Assembly (NCBI GenBank): GCA_963809925.1
Contig: CAWELH010000002.1
Location: 22,077 to 86,076, forward strand
Source of the DNA: an uncultured Bacteroidales bacterium
Lineage (GTDB): Bacteria > Bacteroidota > Bacteroidia > Bacteroidales > GCA-2748055
Length of the DNA stretch: 64,000 nucleotides
Direction: 5' to 3'
Shown here piece by piece: positions 30,789 through 40,667 of this stretch. Made by a program: the position numbers and the translations under genes. The notes beneath the pieces are model-generated. The model was not told the DNA's origin. It saw nothing but the letters and a program-made list of their open reading frames with translations, and searched no databases. The first letter of the stretch is position 1. Every line of letters starts with the position of its first letter.

Positions 30789-31460
30789 TTACATGGCCGA
30801 TAGTTTAATGATATCCTTTCCTTCAATAATATTTTTATCATAGCCGTTCCTGGCGACACTGATCATAGCCTGTCCCAATTCTTTCAGCGTGCAGAAACTC
30901 CCGGGAAATACCGCTCTGGCCAGTGGGAAAAGCCAGTTTACATATCGGTAAAATTTCTTCGCCCTGATTAATCCCTTCGTTGGCTTTATAAATCCGGGTC
31001 TGAACGCATATACCGACCTGAAAGGAAGCTTCATCAGATCGTTTTCCGTTTGTCCCTTTACCCTGGCCCAATGCATACGGCCAGATTCTGAGCTGTCGGT
31101 TCCGGCTCCGGAAACATAGCAGAATACCATATCGTCGGTGATGCTGCTCAGCGCTCCGGCAACGTGCATGGTCAGTGTATATGTCAGATCATAGTATTTT
31201 CCCGCATTCATCCCCACTGATGAAACGCCAAGACAAAAGAAACAAGCATTAAAACCGGCAAGTCTGTTTTGGATGGGTGAGATATCAAAGAAATCCTTAT
31301 GAATGATTTCCGTCAGTTTTGCATGTGCCACACCGCATGGTTTCCGGTTGATGACCAGTACTTGTTCAACATCAGCCGAGGCCAGACATTCATGTAAGAC
31401 ACCTTCACCGACCATCCCGGTGGAGCCGGTAATAATTGCCCTGATTTTATTTGTTTTCAT
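30789..31460 (-). CDS. NAD(P)H-binding atypical SDR / epimerase-like oxidoreductase
   Basis: The N-terminal Rossmann motif is 'AIITGSTGMVGEGVL'. The protein is 223 aa. Confidence 0.6.
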   Translation of the reverse strand: MKTNKIRAIITGSTGMVGEGVLHECLASADVEQVLVINRKPCGVAHAKLTEIIHKDFFDISPIQNRLAGFNACFFCLGVSSVGMNAGKYYDLTYTLTMHVAGALSSITDDMVFCYVSGAGTDSSESGRMHWARVKGQTENDLMKLPFRSVYAFRPGFIKPTKGLIRAKKFYRYVNWLFPLARAVFPGSFCTLKELGQAMISVARNGYDKNIIEGKDIIKLSAM

Positions 31461-31619
31461 TTCTTCTGTTTGCTCTATTTTGAGTCAGTAAGTTACATTA
31501 ATATATTTTGGATTTTTTATCATTTAGTTAAAAAATGCAGGCGCTGCTATCCATCAACTTTTTATTGGATTTCTTGTTTCTATCTCATCTCTACTTCACT
31601 ATAAATTTGTTTACCGACT

Positions 31620-32897
31620 ATGAAAAGCAATCTGACTTTGTTAGCGCTATTTCTCTGGGTGGTTATGATTATTACCCCCGCCTGCTCAAAGAAAGACAGC
31701 GAAACCAGTATTACCTGTCATATCACGGTCCCAAAAACCGGTGACTCCATCACAATCGGCAACCTTGTCACAATTTCGGCTGATATTAATAAGAGCGGAG
31801 CCAATATTGATGAAGTCCGCTTTTTCATTGACAATGTCGGTATCAGCTCTGCGACTGTTTTCCCGTATAGCAGCCAGTGGAATACCACCGGAGAAAGTGC
31901 GGGGATCCATTCCATCCGCGTGACGGTTTTTGATTTCTCACAAAAAACAGCCAGTGATGAGATTACGGTTTATCTCACGGAGGCCATTATGTCGCTGGAC
32001 ACAACCAATGTGAGTACAGGACCGGTGCTCGTTGTTACCGATTCATCCGCCGCCATTAAAGGTTTTGCAGACGATAAGGAAGGCGTACCTGTAACCGACC
32101 GGGGGATTTGTGCTGCATTTACCCATAATCCCGATACTGCCTCATCGATTAAAGTCTCCGATGGAAGTGGTGCCGGAACATTTTATGTAAGCCTGGTAAA
32201 CCTGGATCCCGATACGCTTTACTATGCCCGAACCTGGGCGGTATACGGAAGCGATATCGTTTACGGAAATGAGATCAGTTTTCACACAGCTGTAAGAACA
32301 ATTACCGACTTTGACGGAAATGTATACAAGGTCGTTAAGATCGGTTCCCAGGAATGGATGGCTGAAAACCTGAAAGTTACGCATTTCCGTACCGGTGAGG
32401 AAATCCCTCACATTGATGAAAATCTGTCATGGAATTCAATGTCGGCGGCTTACTGCTACTATGAAAACCAACCCATCAATTTGGATGTTTACGGGGCGAT
32501 TTATAATTATTATGCCGTATCCGACCAACGGAATATTTGTCCGGAGGGATGGCATATCCCCACTACCGATGATTGGAAGCTACTGGTCGAATTCCTTGAC
32601 GGAAAAGATAATGCCGGTGGTAAGATGAAGGTAGCCGGTACGGACTACTGGCTGTCAGAAAATACAGGTGGTGACAATTCCTCCGGGTTCACCGCACTAC
32701 CGGGAGGATACCGTTCACCGAGTGGTGCATTTAACAATCTTGGCACACTCGGTGCCTGGTGGTCATCAGACACCGGCCTGTCAAATCCTTCTGAAAATGC
32801 CTCTTACCTCTTTATATACAATAACAGCCCCTTTGCTGTCATTGAGGAATTGCCAAAGCTTTACGGTTTATCGGTACGATGCATAAAAGACAGGTAG
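31620..32897 (+). CDS. Lipoprotein with Ig-like domains and a C-terminal FISUMP (Fibrobacter succinogenes major paralogous) domain
   Basis: It has a lipobox 'IITPACS'. The C-terminal part reads 'DGNVYKVVKIGSQEWMAENL...YGAIYNYYA...CPEGWHIPTTDDWKLL...GGKMK...NSSGFTALPGGYR...GAWWSS', as in TIGR02145. Confidence 0.75.
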   Translation: MKSNLTLLALFLWVVMIITPACSKKDSETSITCHITVPKTGDSITIGNLVTISADINKSGANIDEVRFFIDNVGISSATVFPYSSQWNTTGESAGIHSIRVTVFDFSQKTASDEITVYLTEAIMSLDTTNVSTGPVLVVTDSSAAIKGFADDKEGVPVTDRGICAAFTHNPDTASSIKVSDGSGAGTFYVSLVNLDPDTLYYARTWAVYGSDIVYGNEISFHTAVRTITDFDGNVYKVVKIGSQEWMAENLKVTHFRTGEEIPHIDENLSWNSMSAAYCYYENQPINLDVYGAIYNYYAVSDQRNICPEGWHIPTTDDWKLLVEFLDGKDNAGGKMKVAGTDYWLSENTGGDNSSGFTALPGGYRSPSGAFNNLGTLGAWWSSDTGLSNPSENASYLFIYNNSPFAVIEELPKLYGLSVRCIKDR

Positions 32898-33149
32898 AAA
32901 AAAACATCAGGGAGCTTATCCCGTTATTGTAAAACTAGGGACAGATGCCGGAATTTCCGCCAAGTATTAATTATGAAACTTTCGTTTGCTTCTAATCCTT
33001 CACCCCGTTAATGCTGGTTCAGTGAAAAAAATTGAACATTTCATTTTTTTACCAAAATATGAACCTATTCCGTTCTACCCGGTTTCTTCATCAGATTTAC
33101 GGAACCAAAGCGGTCAAAACAGTTTGTCCGTTAATTTAAACTATAGTAA

Positions 33150-33692
33150 ATGAACCGTTTAGTACCTATCACTTCTGCTGATGACATTTTTCCGGTGTAC
33201 CGTAACACCCCGATTGGATTACTGCTGGAATACCACAATCTTGGAAAGCCTCCTCTGATTTACGAAAATGCCGAGTTACTCATTGGCATGTGTATGGATA
33301 ACCGGAAACATATTAATATCCCGGATAATTTTGCATATATCATCCGCGCAGGCGGCGCTAACCTCAGATACAGTGAATTTAAGGTATCGTACGCAATTTC
33401 AGTGGGCCAGGTACGAAATATAGCTCTGATCGCACATAATAACTGTGGCATGGTAAACCTCTACGCACGCAAAGACCTATTCATTCAGGGTTTGGTCGAC
33501 AATGCAGGCTGGGAGCGGGAATGGGCTGAGGAACATTTCCTTCATTTTGCCCCCATGTTTGAAATCGGCAACGAAGTGGACTTTATACTTAGCGAAACAA
33601 AACGTCTTAGACTCAGGTACCCTAAAATTAAGATCGCACCTCTTATGTACCTGGTTGAAAATAACCAGTTGTATCTAATAAGAGAGTCATAA
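33150..33692 (+). CDS. Beta-class carbonic-anhydrase-like protein
   Basis: A zinc-ligand pattern is present: 'CMDNR' (CxDxR), then 'IIRAGGAN', then 'IAHNNCGM' (HxxC), with beta-CA-like spacing. Confidence 0.45.
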   Translation: MNRLVPITSADDIFPVYRNTPIGLLLEYHNLGKPPLIYENAELLIGMCMDNRKHINIPDNFAYIIRAGGANLRYSEFKVSYAISVGQVRNIALIAHNNCGMVNLYARKDLFIQGLVDNAGWEREWAEEHFLHFAPMFEIGNEVDFILSETKRLRLRYPKIKIAPLMYLVENNQLYLIRES

Positions 33693-34027
33693 TGAAACAA
33701 GTACCAAATGATGGTTCTGATTACTGATCAGGTAACTGTACTATGTTTAATGGTCCGGATCAGAATGCTTGTCTTAAACCCAGAACATTTTTCAGTTTGC
33801 CCGCTTTACTAATTTTTAAACAGTTTTTTAACCTGATAAAATATGCGGGTAAAAACAGGCATTGTGCATGGAGGAACGCCAATTGTGTCGTTGAAAGATC
33901 CGTTTTGAAGATTTTCCATAATTTAGCGGATTGCAACATTACACAATAGTAGAATTCCGGGAAAATCATCCGAATGCTATCTAAGACCTTGGGATTTCAG
34001 GCAGTATATTTCTAAACTTTTTCAGAA

Positions 34028-34345
34028 ATGATCAAGAACATTGATGTTTACGAGCTTCCTGATAGTTCCCGGCATTTGGAATTTAAACTCTATGCGGTAA
34101 AAGGAAAAACAATTTCCGGTAAAGGGTACCCGCACATTACCGATACGAACGCAAGTGATTTGATTCATGATCGTATAATACTGGAAATTAAACGATTGCT
34201 CATCCACACAGATTTAACCAACAAGGAGATTGCTTACCGTCTAAATTTCGAGGATACCTCCTATTTCAACCGGTTTTTTCGAAAGAGAGAGGGCATGACA
34301 CCATCGACATTCAGGACAGTGGTGTTAAAAAAATATCAGAAATGA
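34028..34345 (+). pseudogene. Remnant of an AraC-family regulator (only the distal HTH part is left)
   Basis: The 105 codons end in 'RIILEIKRLLIHTDLTNKEIAYRLNFEDTSYFNRFFRKREGMTPSTFR', the second AraC HTH. There is no ligand-binding domain. The 335-bp upstream gap is too short to hold one. Confidence 0.55.
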
Positions 34346-34430
34346 TTTGAAAAATCCATTTTACTCCGTCGGATAATGGTGTAAATTTGTTTCTTGTTAA
34401 GAATCCGTCATGTACTAAAAATCGGTCCAC

Positions 34431-35822
34431 ATGATCTTCATCGATGAAAAGCTTAAGCCTGCAGGTCTGAAATCTCAACTCACACGCTTTTGGGAACTGT
34501 CCGGAAAAAAAATACGGCACATTGAAAGGAATTACGATGAAAAGTCCGGTGCACCGGTTTTTACCATAAAAGGCAGCTATACATCAAGAGGATGGACGGA
34601 ATGGACCCAGGGATTCCAGTACGGATCGTCATTACTGCAGTATGATGCTACCGGTGAAGTGGAATTCCTTGAAACCGGGCGTCGTAAGACCATTGAAATG
34701 ATGGCTCCCCACATCAGTCATACCGGTGTTCATGATCATGGTTTCAATAATATCAGTACATATGGCAATCTGCTGAGGCTGATGAGGGAAGGGAAAATCA
34801 GTATAGATGCGGGGGACATGCATTTTTATGAACTTGCTCTGAAGATCAGCGGAGCCGTTCAGGCGGGACGCTGGACCAAAACCACAGAGGGCGGTTACAT
34901 CTATTCCTTCAACGGACCCCACTCTCTTTTTGTGGATACCATTCGTTCCTGCAGAAGTCTTATGCTATCGCATGCCCTGGGCCACATTTTACAGGGCGAA
35001 AATGACGCAAAGATCAACTTGCTTGAACGGGCCATCCGGCACATGCTGACAACAGCAGAATATAACATTTACTACGGCGAAGGCCGCGATATTTGGGATG
35101 TTAGGGGCAGAACCGCTCATGAAAGCCTTTTTAACGTGAATGACGGCAGGTACAGATGTCCCAATTCACAGCAGGGATATTCAGGACGGACTACCTGGAC
35201 CAGAGGACTGGCGTGGGCAATCTGCGGTTTTGCAGAGGAACTTGAATTTCTGCCTCTGCTTGATGACAAAGAATTGATAGCATTCGGAGGTCGTCAAATT
35301 CTCGAAAAGCGATTTTTGGATGCAGCATGTGCGACCAGTGATTTTTATATCGACAATACACCGGTCGACGGCGTTCCCTATTGGGACACCGGAGCACCCG
35401 GACTTTCCACTCTGGGCGATTACCTCTCCAAACCTGCGGACCCATTTAATGATTATGAGCCCGTCGACAGTTCGGCAGCAGCCATTGCAGCGCAGGGGCT
35501 GCTCAGGCTGGGCAGATACCTCCAGACCCATGCCGGAACAGAGGATGGAAAACGGTATTGGCAGGCCGGTTTGACCGTAATGAACACCTTACTACAAGAG
35601 CCTTATCTGAGCACCAATGACTCACATCAGGGTCTGCTCCTTCACTCCGTATATCACCATCCCAACGGTTGGGACTATATCCCGGAGAACAGAAGGGTAC
35701 CCTGTGGTGAATCTTCAATGTGGGGTGATTATCATATCAGGGAAGCCGCACTGTATCTCTTAAGAGTTATTAATGATGAGCAGTACTATACGTTTTTCAA
35801 CTGCCTTCCAACAACACGGTAA
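34431..35822 (+). CDS. GH88/GH105-like (alpha/alpha)6-barrel hydrolase (unsaturated glycuronyl-hydrolase fold)
   Basis: 'GWTEWTQGFQYGS', 'HDHGFNNISTYGNLLRL' and 'TWTRGLAWAICGFAEE' parallel the conserved W-T-x-GF, HD-x-GF and W-x-RGQAW blocks of the family. No signal peptide is present. Confidence 0.5.
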   Translation: MIFIDEKLKPAGLKSQLTRFWELSGKKIRHIERNYDEKSGAPVFTIKGSYTSRGWTEWTQGFQYGSSLLQYDATGEVEFLETGRRKTIEMMAPHISHTGVHDHGFNNISTYGNLLRLMREGKISIDAGDMHFYELALKISGAVQAGRWTKTTEGGYIYSFNGPHSLFVDTIRSCRSLMLSHALGHILQGENDAKINLLERAIRHMLTTAEYNIYYGEGRDIWDVRGRTAHESLFNVNDGRYRCPNSQQGYSGRTTWTRGLAWAICGFAEELEFLPLLDDKELIAFGGRQILEKRFLDAACATSDFYIDNTPVDGVPYWDTGAPGLSTLGDYLSKPADPFNDYEPVDSSAAAIAAQGLLRLGRYLQTHAGTEDGKRYWQAGLTVMNTLLQEPYLSTNDSHQGLLLHSVYHHPNGWDYIPENRRVPCGESSMWGDYHIREAALYLLRVINDEQYYTFFNCLPTTR

Positions 35823-35824
35823 TC

Positions 35825-36643
35825 ATGGCTGATATTTCAAAACTTTGCATACACACGATAACAACCAAATCTTGGCCGGTTGAGGTTGCTGCAGAGCGAT
35901 ATGCAGCTGCAGGAGTTAAGGGAATATCTGTATGGCGGCAATATCTGCAGGACAGGAGCATCACCGGCACGGGTGAAATGATCAGGTCCTACGGCCTTAG
36001 TATTGTTTCCCTTGTACGAGGTGGGTTTTTTGCTTCTGCCGATAAAAAAAAGCGGCAGGATGCCATTTCAGAAAACTTTAAGGCACTTGATGAGGCAGCC
36101 GGGCTGGGCGCTCCACTCATTGTTCTCGTGTGCGGAGCCGACCCCGGGCAATCACTGGATGAATCCAGAAAACAGATCGTTGCCGGGATTGAAGCATTGC
36201 TGCCTCTGGCCGGGCAACTGGGTGTTAAACTTGCCATAGAGCCTCTTCATCCCATGTATGCCGATACCAGATCGGCCATTAATACAATAAAGCAGGCTAA
36301 CGATATTGCAGAGCAGGTTTCCTCCCCTCTTTTGGGTGTGGCCGTGGATGTATACCACCTCTGGTGGGATCCTGACCTTGAACAGCAGATTAAACGGTGT
36401 GGGATGAACGGCCACTTATTTGCCTATCATATCTGCGACTGGAACAGTCCGACGACAGACATGCTTAACGACCGCGGACTTATGGGCGAAGGCTGTATCC
36501 CGGTTAAGCAGATCAGCCGTTGGGTTGAGGACGCCGGATTTTCAGGATACCATGAAGTCGAAATCTTTTCTGATAAATTCTGGGAACGGAATCAGGATGA
36601 CTTCCTGAAAAGTATTACCGAAGCATATCTTAATCATTCATAA
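35825..36643 (+). CDS. Xylose-isomerase-like TIM-barrel protein (sugar phosphate isomerase/epimerase family)
   Basis: The protein is 272 aa. The pattern 'LAIEPLHP...', 'VAVDVYHLWWD' and 'HEVEIFS' marks the metal-ligand strands typical of AP_endonuc_2 / TIM-barrel family members. It starts 2 nt after the upstream stop. Confidence 0.7.
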   Translation: MADISKLCIHTITTKSWPVEVAAERYAAAGVKGISVWRQYLQDRSITGTGEMIRSYGLSIVSLVRGGFFASADKKKRQDAISENFKALDEAAGLGAPLIVLVCGADPGQSLDESRKQIVAGIEALLPLAGQLGVKLAIEPLHPMYADTRSAINTIKQANDIAEQVSSPLLGVAVDVYHLWWDPDLEQQIKRCGMNGHLFAYHICDWNSPTTDMLNDRGLMGEGCIPVKQISRWVEDAGFSGYHEVEIFSDKFWERNQDDFLKSITEAYLNHS

Positions 36644-36659
36644 ACGATATTTAAGACCA

Positions 36660-37808
36660 ATGACAAAAGTACACAAAGCAGGGATCATCATGAATGGCGT
36701 CACCGGCAGGATGGGGACCAATCAGCATCTGATGCGCTCCATTGTCGAGATCATAAGGCAGGGAGGTGTTGCGCTTTCCAACGATGAAGTTATCATGCCC
36801 GACCCCGTTCTTGTGGGCAGAGACCAGGGAAAACTCGATAAGCTGAAAGCCATGTCTGGAATAAAAAAGACCAGCACCGACCTTGACAAGGTCCTTTCCG
36901 ATCCCGAAAATATTATCTACTTCGATGCCCAGACTACCGGCAGGCGGGCGGATGCTGTACGAAAAGCCGTGGCGGCCGGGAAACATATATATTGTGAGAA
37001 ACCGATTGCAACAGATCTTGAAACTGCCCTTGAACTTTACAACATATGCAAGGATGGTGGTATCCGTCATGGCGTAGTACAGGATAAACTGTGGCTCCCC
37101 GGTCTCCTGAAATTAAAGCGACTAATCCAGAATGATTTTTTCGGAAGGATTCTCTCTGTTAGGGGCGAATTCGGTTACTGGGTGTTTGAGGGCCATACTG
37201 TGCCGTCACAGCGCCCGTCATGGAATTACAGAAAAGAGGATGACGGCGGCATAATTGTAGATATGCTGTGCCACTGGAGGTATGTCCTGGACAATATTTT
37301 CGGTAAAGTAAAAGCCGTATCATGCCATGGTGCCACGCACATCACCGAACGAGTGGATGAGCAGGGTAGAAAGTACCAATGTACTGCCGACGATTCTGCC
37401 TATTCAACATTTGAACTGGAAAATGGCATCATCGCGCATTTTAATTCGTCATGGTGTGTCCGTGTAAAGCGGGACGACCTTTTGACCATCCAGGTCGACG
37501 GAACCAAAGGTTCTGCTGTCGCGGGACTCAGGGAATGCTATACACAACACTACGGCAATACACCGAAACCTGTCTGGAATCCGGACGTTCCACAATCCAT
37601 CGATTTTTACAACGGTTGGTCAAAAATGCCTGACCAGGAATTTTACGATAATGCATTCAAAGTACAATGGGAACTCTTTCTGAAACACGTATTCAGAGGC
37701 GACTCCTTTCCATGGGATATGAAAGAGGGAGCAAAAGGTGTTCAGCTTGCCACGGCTGGACTTGAAAGCTGGGCGAAACGTAAGTGGGTGGATATCCCGG
37801 AATTATAA
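36660..37808 (+). CDS. Gfo/Idh/MocA-family NAD(P)-dependent oxidoreductase
   Basis: An N-terminal Rossmann region 'AGIIMNGVTGRMG' and the 'HIYCEKPIA' (EKP) motif are followed by a C-terminal alpha/beta domain. Confidence 0.8.
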   Translation: MTKVHKAGIIMNGVTGRMGTNQHLMRSIVEIIRQGGVALSNDEVIMPDPVLVGRDQGKLDKLKAMSGIKKTSTDLDKVLSDPENIIYFDAQTTGRRADAVRKAVAAGKHIYCEKPIATDLETALELYNICKDGGIRHGVVQDKLWLPGLLKLKRLIQNDFFGRILSVRGEFGYWVFEGHTVPSQRPSWNYRKEDDGGIIVDMLCHWRYVLDNIFGKVKAVSCHGATHITERVDEQGRKYQCTADDSAYSTFELENGIIAHFNSSWCVRVKRDDLLTIQVDGTKGSAVAGLRECYTQHYGNTPKPVWNPDVPQSIDFYNGWSKMPDQEFYDNAFKVQWELFLKHVFRGDSFPWDMKEGAKGVQLATAGLESWAKRKWVDIPEL

Positions 37809-37929
37809 ACCCGGCTTCGTGATAGATCTAGGTAGATAGGTAGGGAAATACAGCAAATAATTCCGTTATATTTACAGGGAGTTCCTATCAGCCCGGCATC
37901 CGCCTTCATGGAAAATAATTGGAAGGAAT

Positions 37930-38700
37930 ATGAAAAAAACAGCATTAATCACAGGCAGTACAAGAGGAATCGGTTTTGGGATTGCCAAAGCACTTTCACA
38001 GGAAGGGTACGATCTTGCCATCAACGGTAGGCGTCCCGAATCAGAAGTTGGACCGGTGATTGATGAATTAGCTTCCTCCGGATCCAACGTCCTTTATTGT
38101 CAGGGAGATATAAGTTCACGCGAAGCACGACTGGCTATGATCGGCAAGGTGAAATCTCATTTTGGAAAATTAAATGTTCTTATCAACAATGCAGGCGTTG
38201 CACCCAGGGAACGTCGAGATATTCTGGAAGCCGGCGAGGAGAGCTTTGAGTACATTATCAGGACAGACCTGCAGGGTGCCTACTTCCTGATGCAGGCCGC
38301 TGCGCACTGGATGATCAGCCAGAAAGAAGAAAACAAGGAATTTCAAGGCTGCATGATCAATATATCCTCTGTTTCAGCGACACAGGCTTCGGTAAATCGG
38401 GGCGACTATTGTATTGCCAAAGCAGGGTTGAGTATGGCCACACAACTTTTTGCAGTCAGATTGGGAGAATACAATATCCCGGTTTATGAGATCAGACCTG
38501 GCATTATTATGACCGATATGACCTCAGGCGTGAAGGAAAAGTATGACCGAATGCTTTCAGAGGGACTTTGCTTACAAAACCGCTGGGGCATGCCTGAAGA
38601 TGTGGGAAAAGCTGCGGCAGCCCTTGCCAGAGGCGATTTTCCTTATTCAACAGGACAAGTTGTAATGGTCGACGGTGGCATGACGGTTGGAAGGTTATAA
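37930..38700 (+). CDS. SDR-family oxidoreductase (3-oxoacyl-ACP-reductase-like)
   Basis: It has 'ALITGSTRGIGFGIA', 'NNAG' and the catalytic 'YCIAK'. Confidence 0.85.
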   Translation: MKKTALITGSTRGIGFGIAKALSQEGYDLAINGRRPESEVGPVIDELASSGSNVLYCQGDISSREARLAMIGKVKSHFGKLNVLINNAGVAPRERRDILEAGEESFEYIIRTDLQGAYFLMQAAAHWMISQKEENKEFQGCMINISSVSATQASVNRGDYCIAKAGLSMATQLFAVRLGEYNIPVYEIRPGIIMTDMTSGVKEKYDRMLSEGLCLQNRWGMPEDVGKAAAALARGDFPYSTGQVVMVDGGMTVGRL

Positions 38701-38730
38701 TCATAATAATAAAAACTAACAGATATCAAA

Positions 38731-38964
38731 ATGGATACAGCCCGGAAGAAGAAATACTGGAAATGGTGTTGTCTGGCGGCAATACTATTAAGTATCGTTG
38801 CTTTCACTCCACTGGTTATTCCTGCAGGTGTATATAAACCGATGCTATTCGGTATCCCCTATACACTATGGACGGGTTTTCTGGTGACTGTTGCGCTTGT
38901 AACGATTACTTTTATCGGAACAAGAGTTCATCCCGGCTTACACGATGGGGAGGAAAAGAAATGA
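38731..38964 (+). CDS. Small DUF3311-type membrane subunit paired with the following symporter
   Basis: The protein is 77 aa with two TM helices and 'PAGVYKPMLFGIPYTLW'. Its TGA overlaps the next ATG (ATGA at 38961-38964). Confidence 0.65.
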   Translation: MDTARKKKYWKWCCLAAILLSIVAFTPLVIPAGVYKPMLFGIPYTLWTGFLVTVALVTITFIGTRVHPGLHDGEEKK

Positions 38965-40361
38965 CAGCATGGATTTGGATTCTCGGGGCTGTTTATGCCG
39001 CCATGCTGGTCATGGCCTCACTTCGTTCGTATAAAAAGGATCGCACCGCGGAAGATTTTATGCTTGCCGGCTCCAATGTCGGTATATTACTGGGTGTATT
39101 AACCTTTGCGGCTGCACTGTTCAGTACATTCACATTCCTTGGTATGCCCGATTTTTTCCGCATCAACGGAATCGGTGCATGGATCTTCCTGGCCCTATCG
39201 GATGGTGCCATGGTCTTTTTCATCCTGTGGTTTGGATTCCATATCCGCACAAAGGTGAAGGAAAAGGGCTTCCGCGGTGTTGCAGGATTGCTGTCAAACT
39301 GTTATGAAAACCGATGGGCCGGTTATGTCATTTTCCTCAGTGCGTTTTTGTTCCTGATCCCATATGTGGGTATACAGATCCAGGGTATTGCCATATTCAT
39401 GAATGCAGCCTTTCCGGGCTCACTACCTGCCTGGGCCTGGTCCGCGGCTATCGTCGTTGTGATGCTTATATACAGTGAAATAGGAGGATTCAAAGCCATT
39501 ATTTACAGTGATGCCATCCAGGGACTTTTATTATTGGTGGTGATATGGATTATCGGAGCTGCCTGTCTGCATCACTTTGGCGGCTTGAAGGAAATGTTCG
39601 AGACGATTGGCCGGTCGGATGAAAAATTACTGTCGACACCGGGTCCGCAAGGGCTTTTCACACCCCAGTTTCTGATCGCTTCCCTATTGGTTATTATCCT
39701 TATACCGGCTACGCAGCCACAATTCACTACAAGGCTCGTCGTAATGAAAAGCATGAAAACCATGCATCTTATGGCGGTTGCCGTTGGTGTTTTCGCTATT
39801 CTGGTCATTATACCTACCATTTTCATCGGATTGTACGGTGCGGAGAAATACAGCGGAATCGGCCGTGACAGCTTTTTTGCCCATGCTTTTCTGAACGACC
39901 GGCCGGCTTTCGTTGCCGCACTGGCAGTCATCGGACTCATTGCAGCCGGCCTGTCCACCACCAATGCCCAGATCTTTGCCCTCGGTTCGGAACTGCGGGG
40001 ACTAATGCATGGGGACGAACGAAAAGTCATGGTCAGAACAAAAATCGGTATATTTTTCTTCTCCCTCGTTGCACTGGCTTTCTCACTGGTAGTCAGCGAC
40101 CAGATCGCACTTCTCGCCAGGGTGAGCTTCACAGGAACAGGGATGATGGGGCCCCTCATTATCCTGGGGATCCTCAGTGACAGAAAAATATCTTCCTATA
40201 TGATATGGACGTCACTGGCTGGATTGCTTGTATTTGTTCTATCACTTGCAGGTTACCTACCCAGCACAGTGGCAGGCCTCAGACTAGACCTGTTACTAAT
40301 CATATCATTGAGTTTGCTGGCTGTTATATTTTATTTGACGGGGAAAAAGCCGGCGAGATAG
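38961..40361 (+). CDS. Sodium:solute symporter (SSS family)
   Basis: I take ATG 38961 as the start ('MTAWIWILGAVYAAML'). There are about 12-13 hydrophobic helices, and 'EDFMLAGSNVG' is the typical SSS N-terminal motif. Confidence 0.8.
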   Translation: MTAWIWILGAVYAAMLVMASLRSYKKDRTAEDFMLAGSNVGILLGVLTFAAALFSTFTFLGMPDFFRINGIGAWIFLALSDGAMVFFILWFGFHIRTKVKEKGFRGVAGLLSNCYENRWAGYVIFLSAFLFLIPYVGIQIQGIAIFMNAAFPGSLPAWAWSAAIVVVMLIYSEIGGFKAIIYSDAIQGLLLLVVIWIIGAACLHHFGGLKEMFETIGRSDEKLLSTPGPQGLFTPQFLIASLLVIILIPATQPQFTTRLVVMKSMKTMHLMAVAVGVFAILVIIPTIFIGLYGAEKYSGIGRDSFFAHAFLNDRPAFVAALAVIGLIAAGLSTTNAQIFALGSELRGLMHGDERKVMVRTKIGIFFFSLVALAFSLVVSDQIALLARVSFTGTGMMGPLIILGILSDRKISSYMIWTSLAGLLVFVLSLAGYLPSTVAGLRLDLLLIISLSLLAVIFYLTGKKPAR

Positions 40362-40442
40362 TAATGTTATACAAAAAAAATTGATTGATTTATACATTGA
40401 TAATCAATTAATTATCCTTTATTTTCAAAACGAATATTCCAA

Positions 40443-40471
40443 TTCAGGGATGAATGTCATTCATCCCTGAA
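40443..40471. promoter_or_regulatory. Perfect 29-bp palindrome between the symporter and desaturase genes
   Basis: TTCAGGGATGAATG-T-CATTCATCCCTGAA has 14-bp arms. It lies 82 nt after the symporter stop and 197 nt before the desaturase ATG. Neither strand has a flanking U-tract. Confidence 0.5.
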
Positions 40472-40667
40472 AACCGTTATTGAACTGCTAAGAGTTAGAT
40501 TGACCACATTTTTTTACCGGTTAAGCCCTCAAATTTCATAAAAGTCCAATTGCCTCCTAACTTTGTTGAAATTCTAACAAGTAGCATACTAAATCACATG
40601 TTCGAGTTTTGGTATTCTGCCAGGTTTATTGACCACAGATAGGCAACTAAATGAAAACTCAAAAAGG

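Noticed and set aside
39572-40159. Long antisense ORFs nested inside confident genes. Examples are 768..1046, 1651..2007, 8888..9256, 21893..22255, 24221..24712, 28787..29203, 35181..35531, 39572..40159, 46477..46965, 49323..49772, 50796..51116, 55793..56287, 57763..58152 and 61602..62009.
   Set aside because: Each lies entirely within, or opposite to, a gene with clear family motifs. None shows any recognisable motif of its own. They are the expected shadow ORFs.
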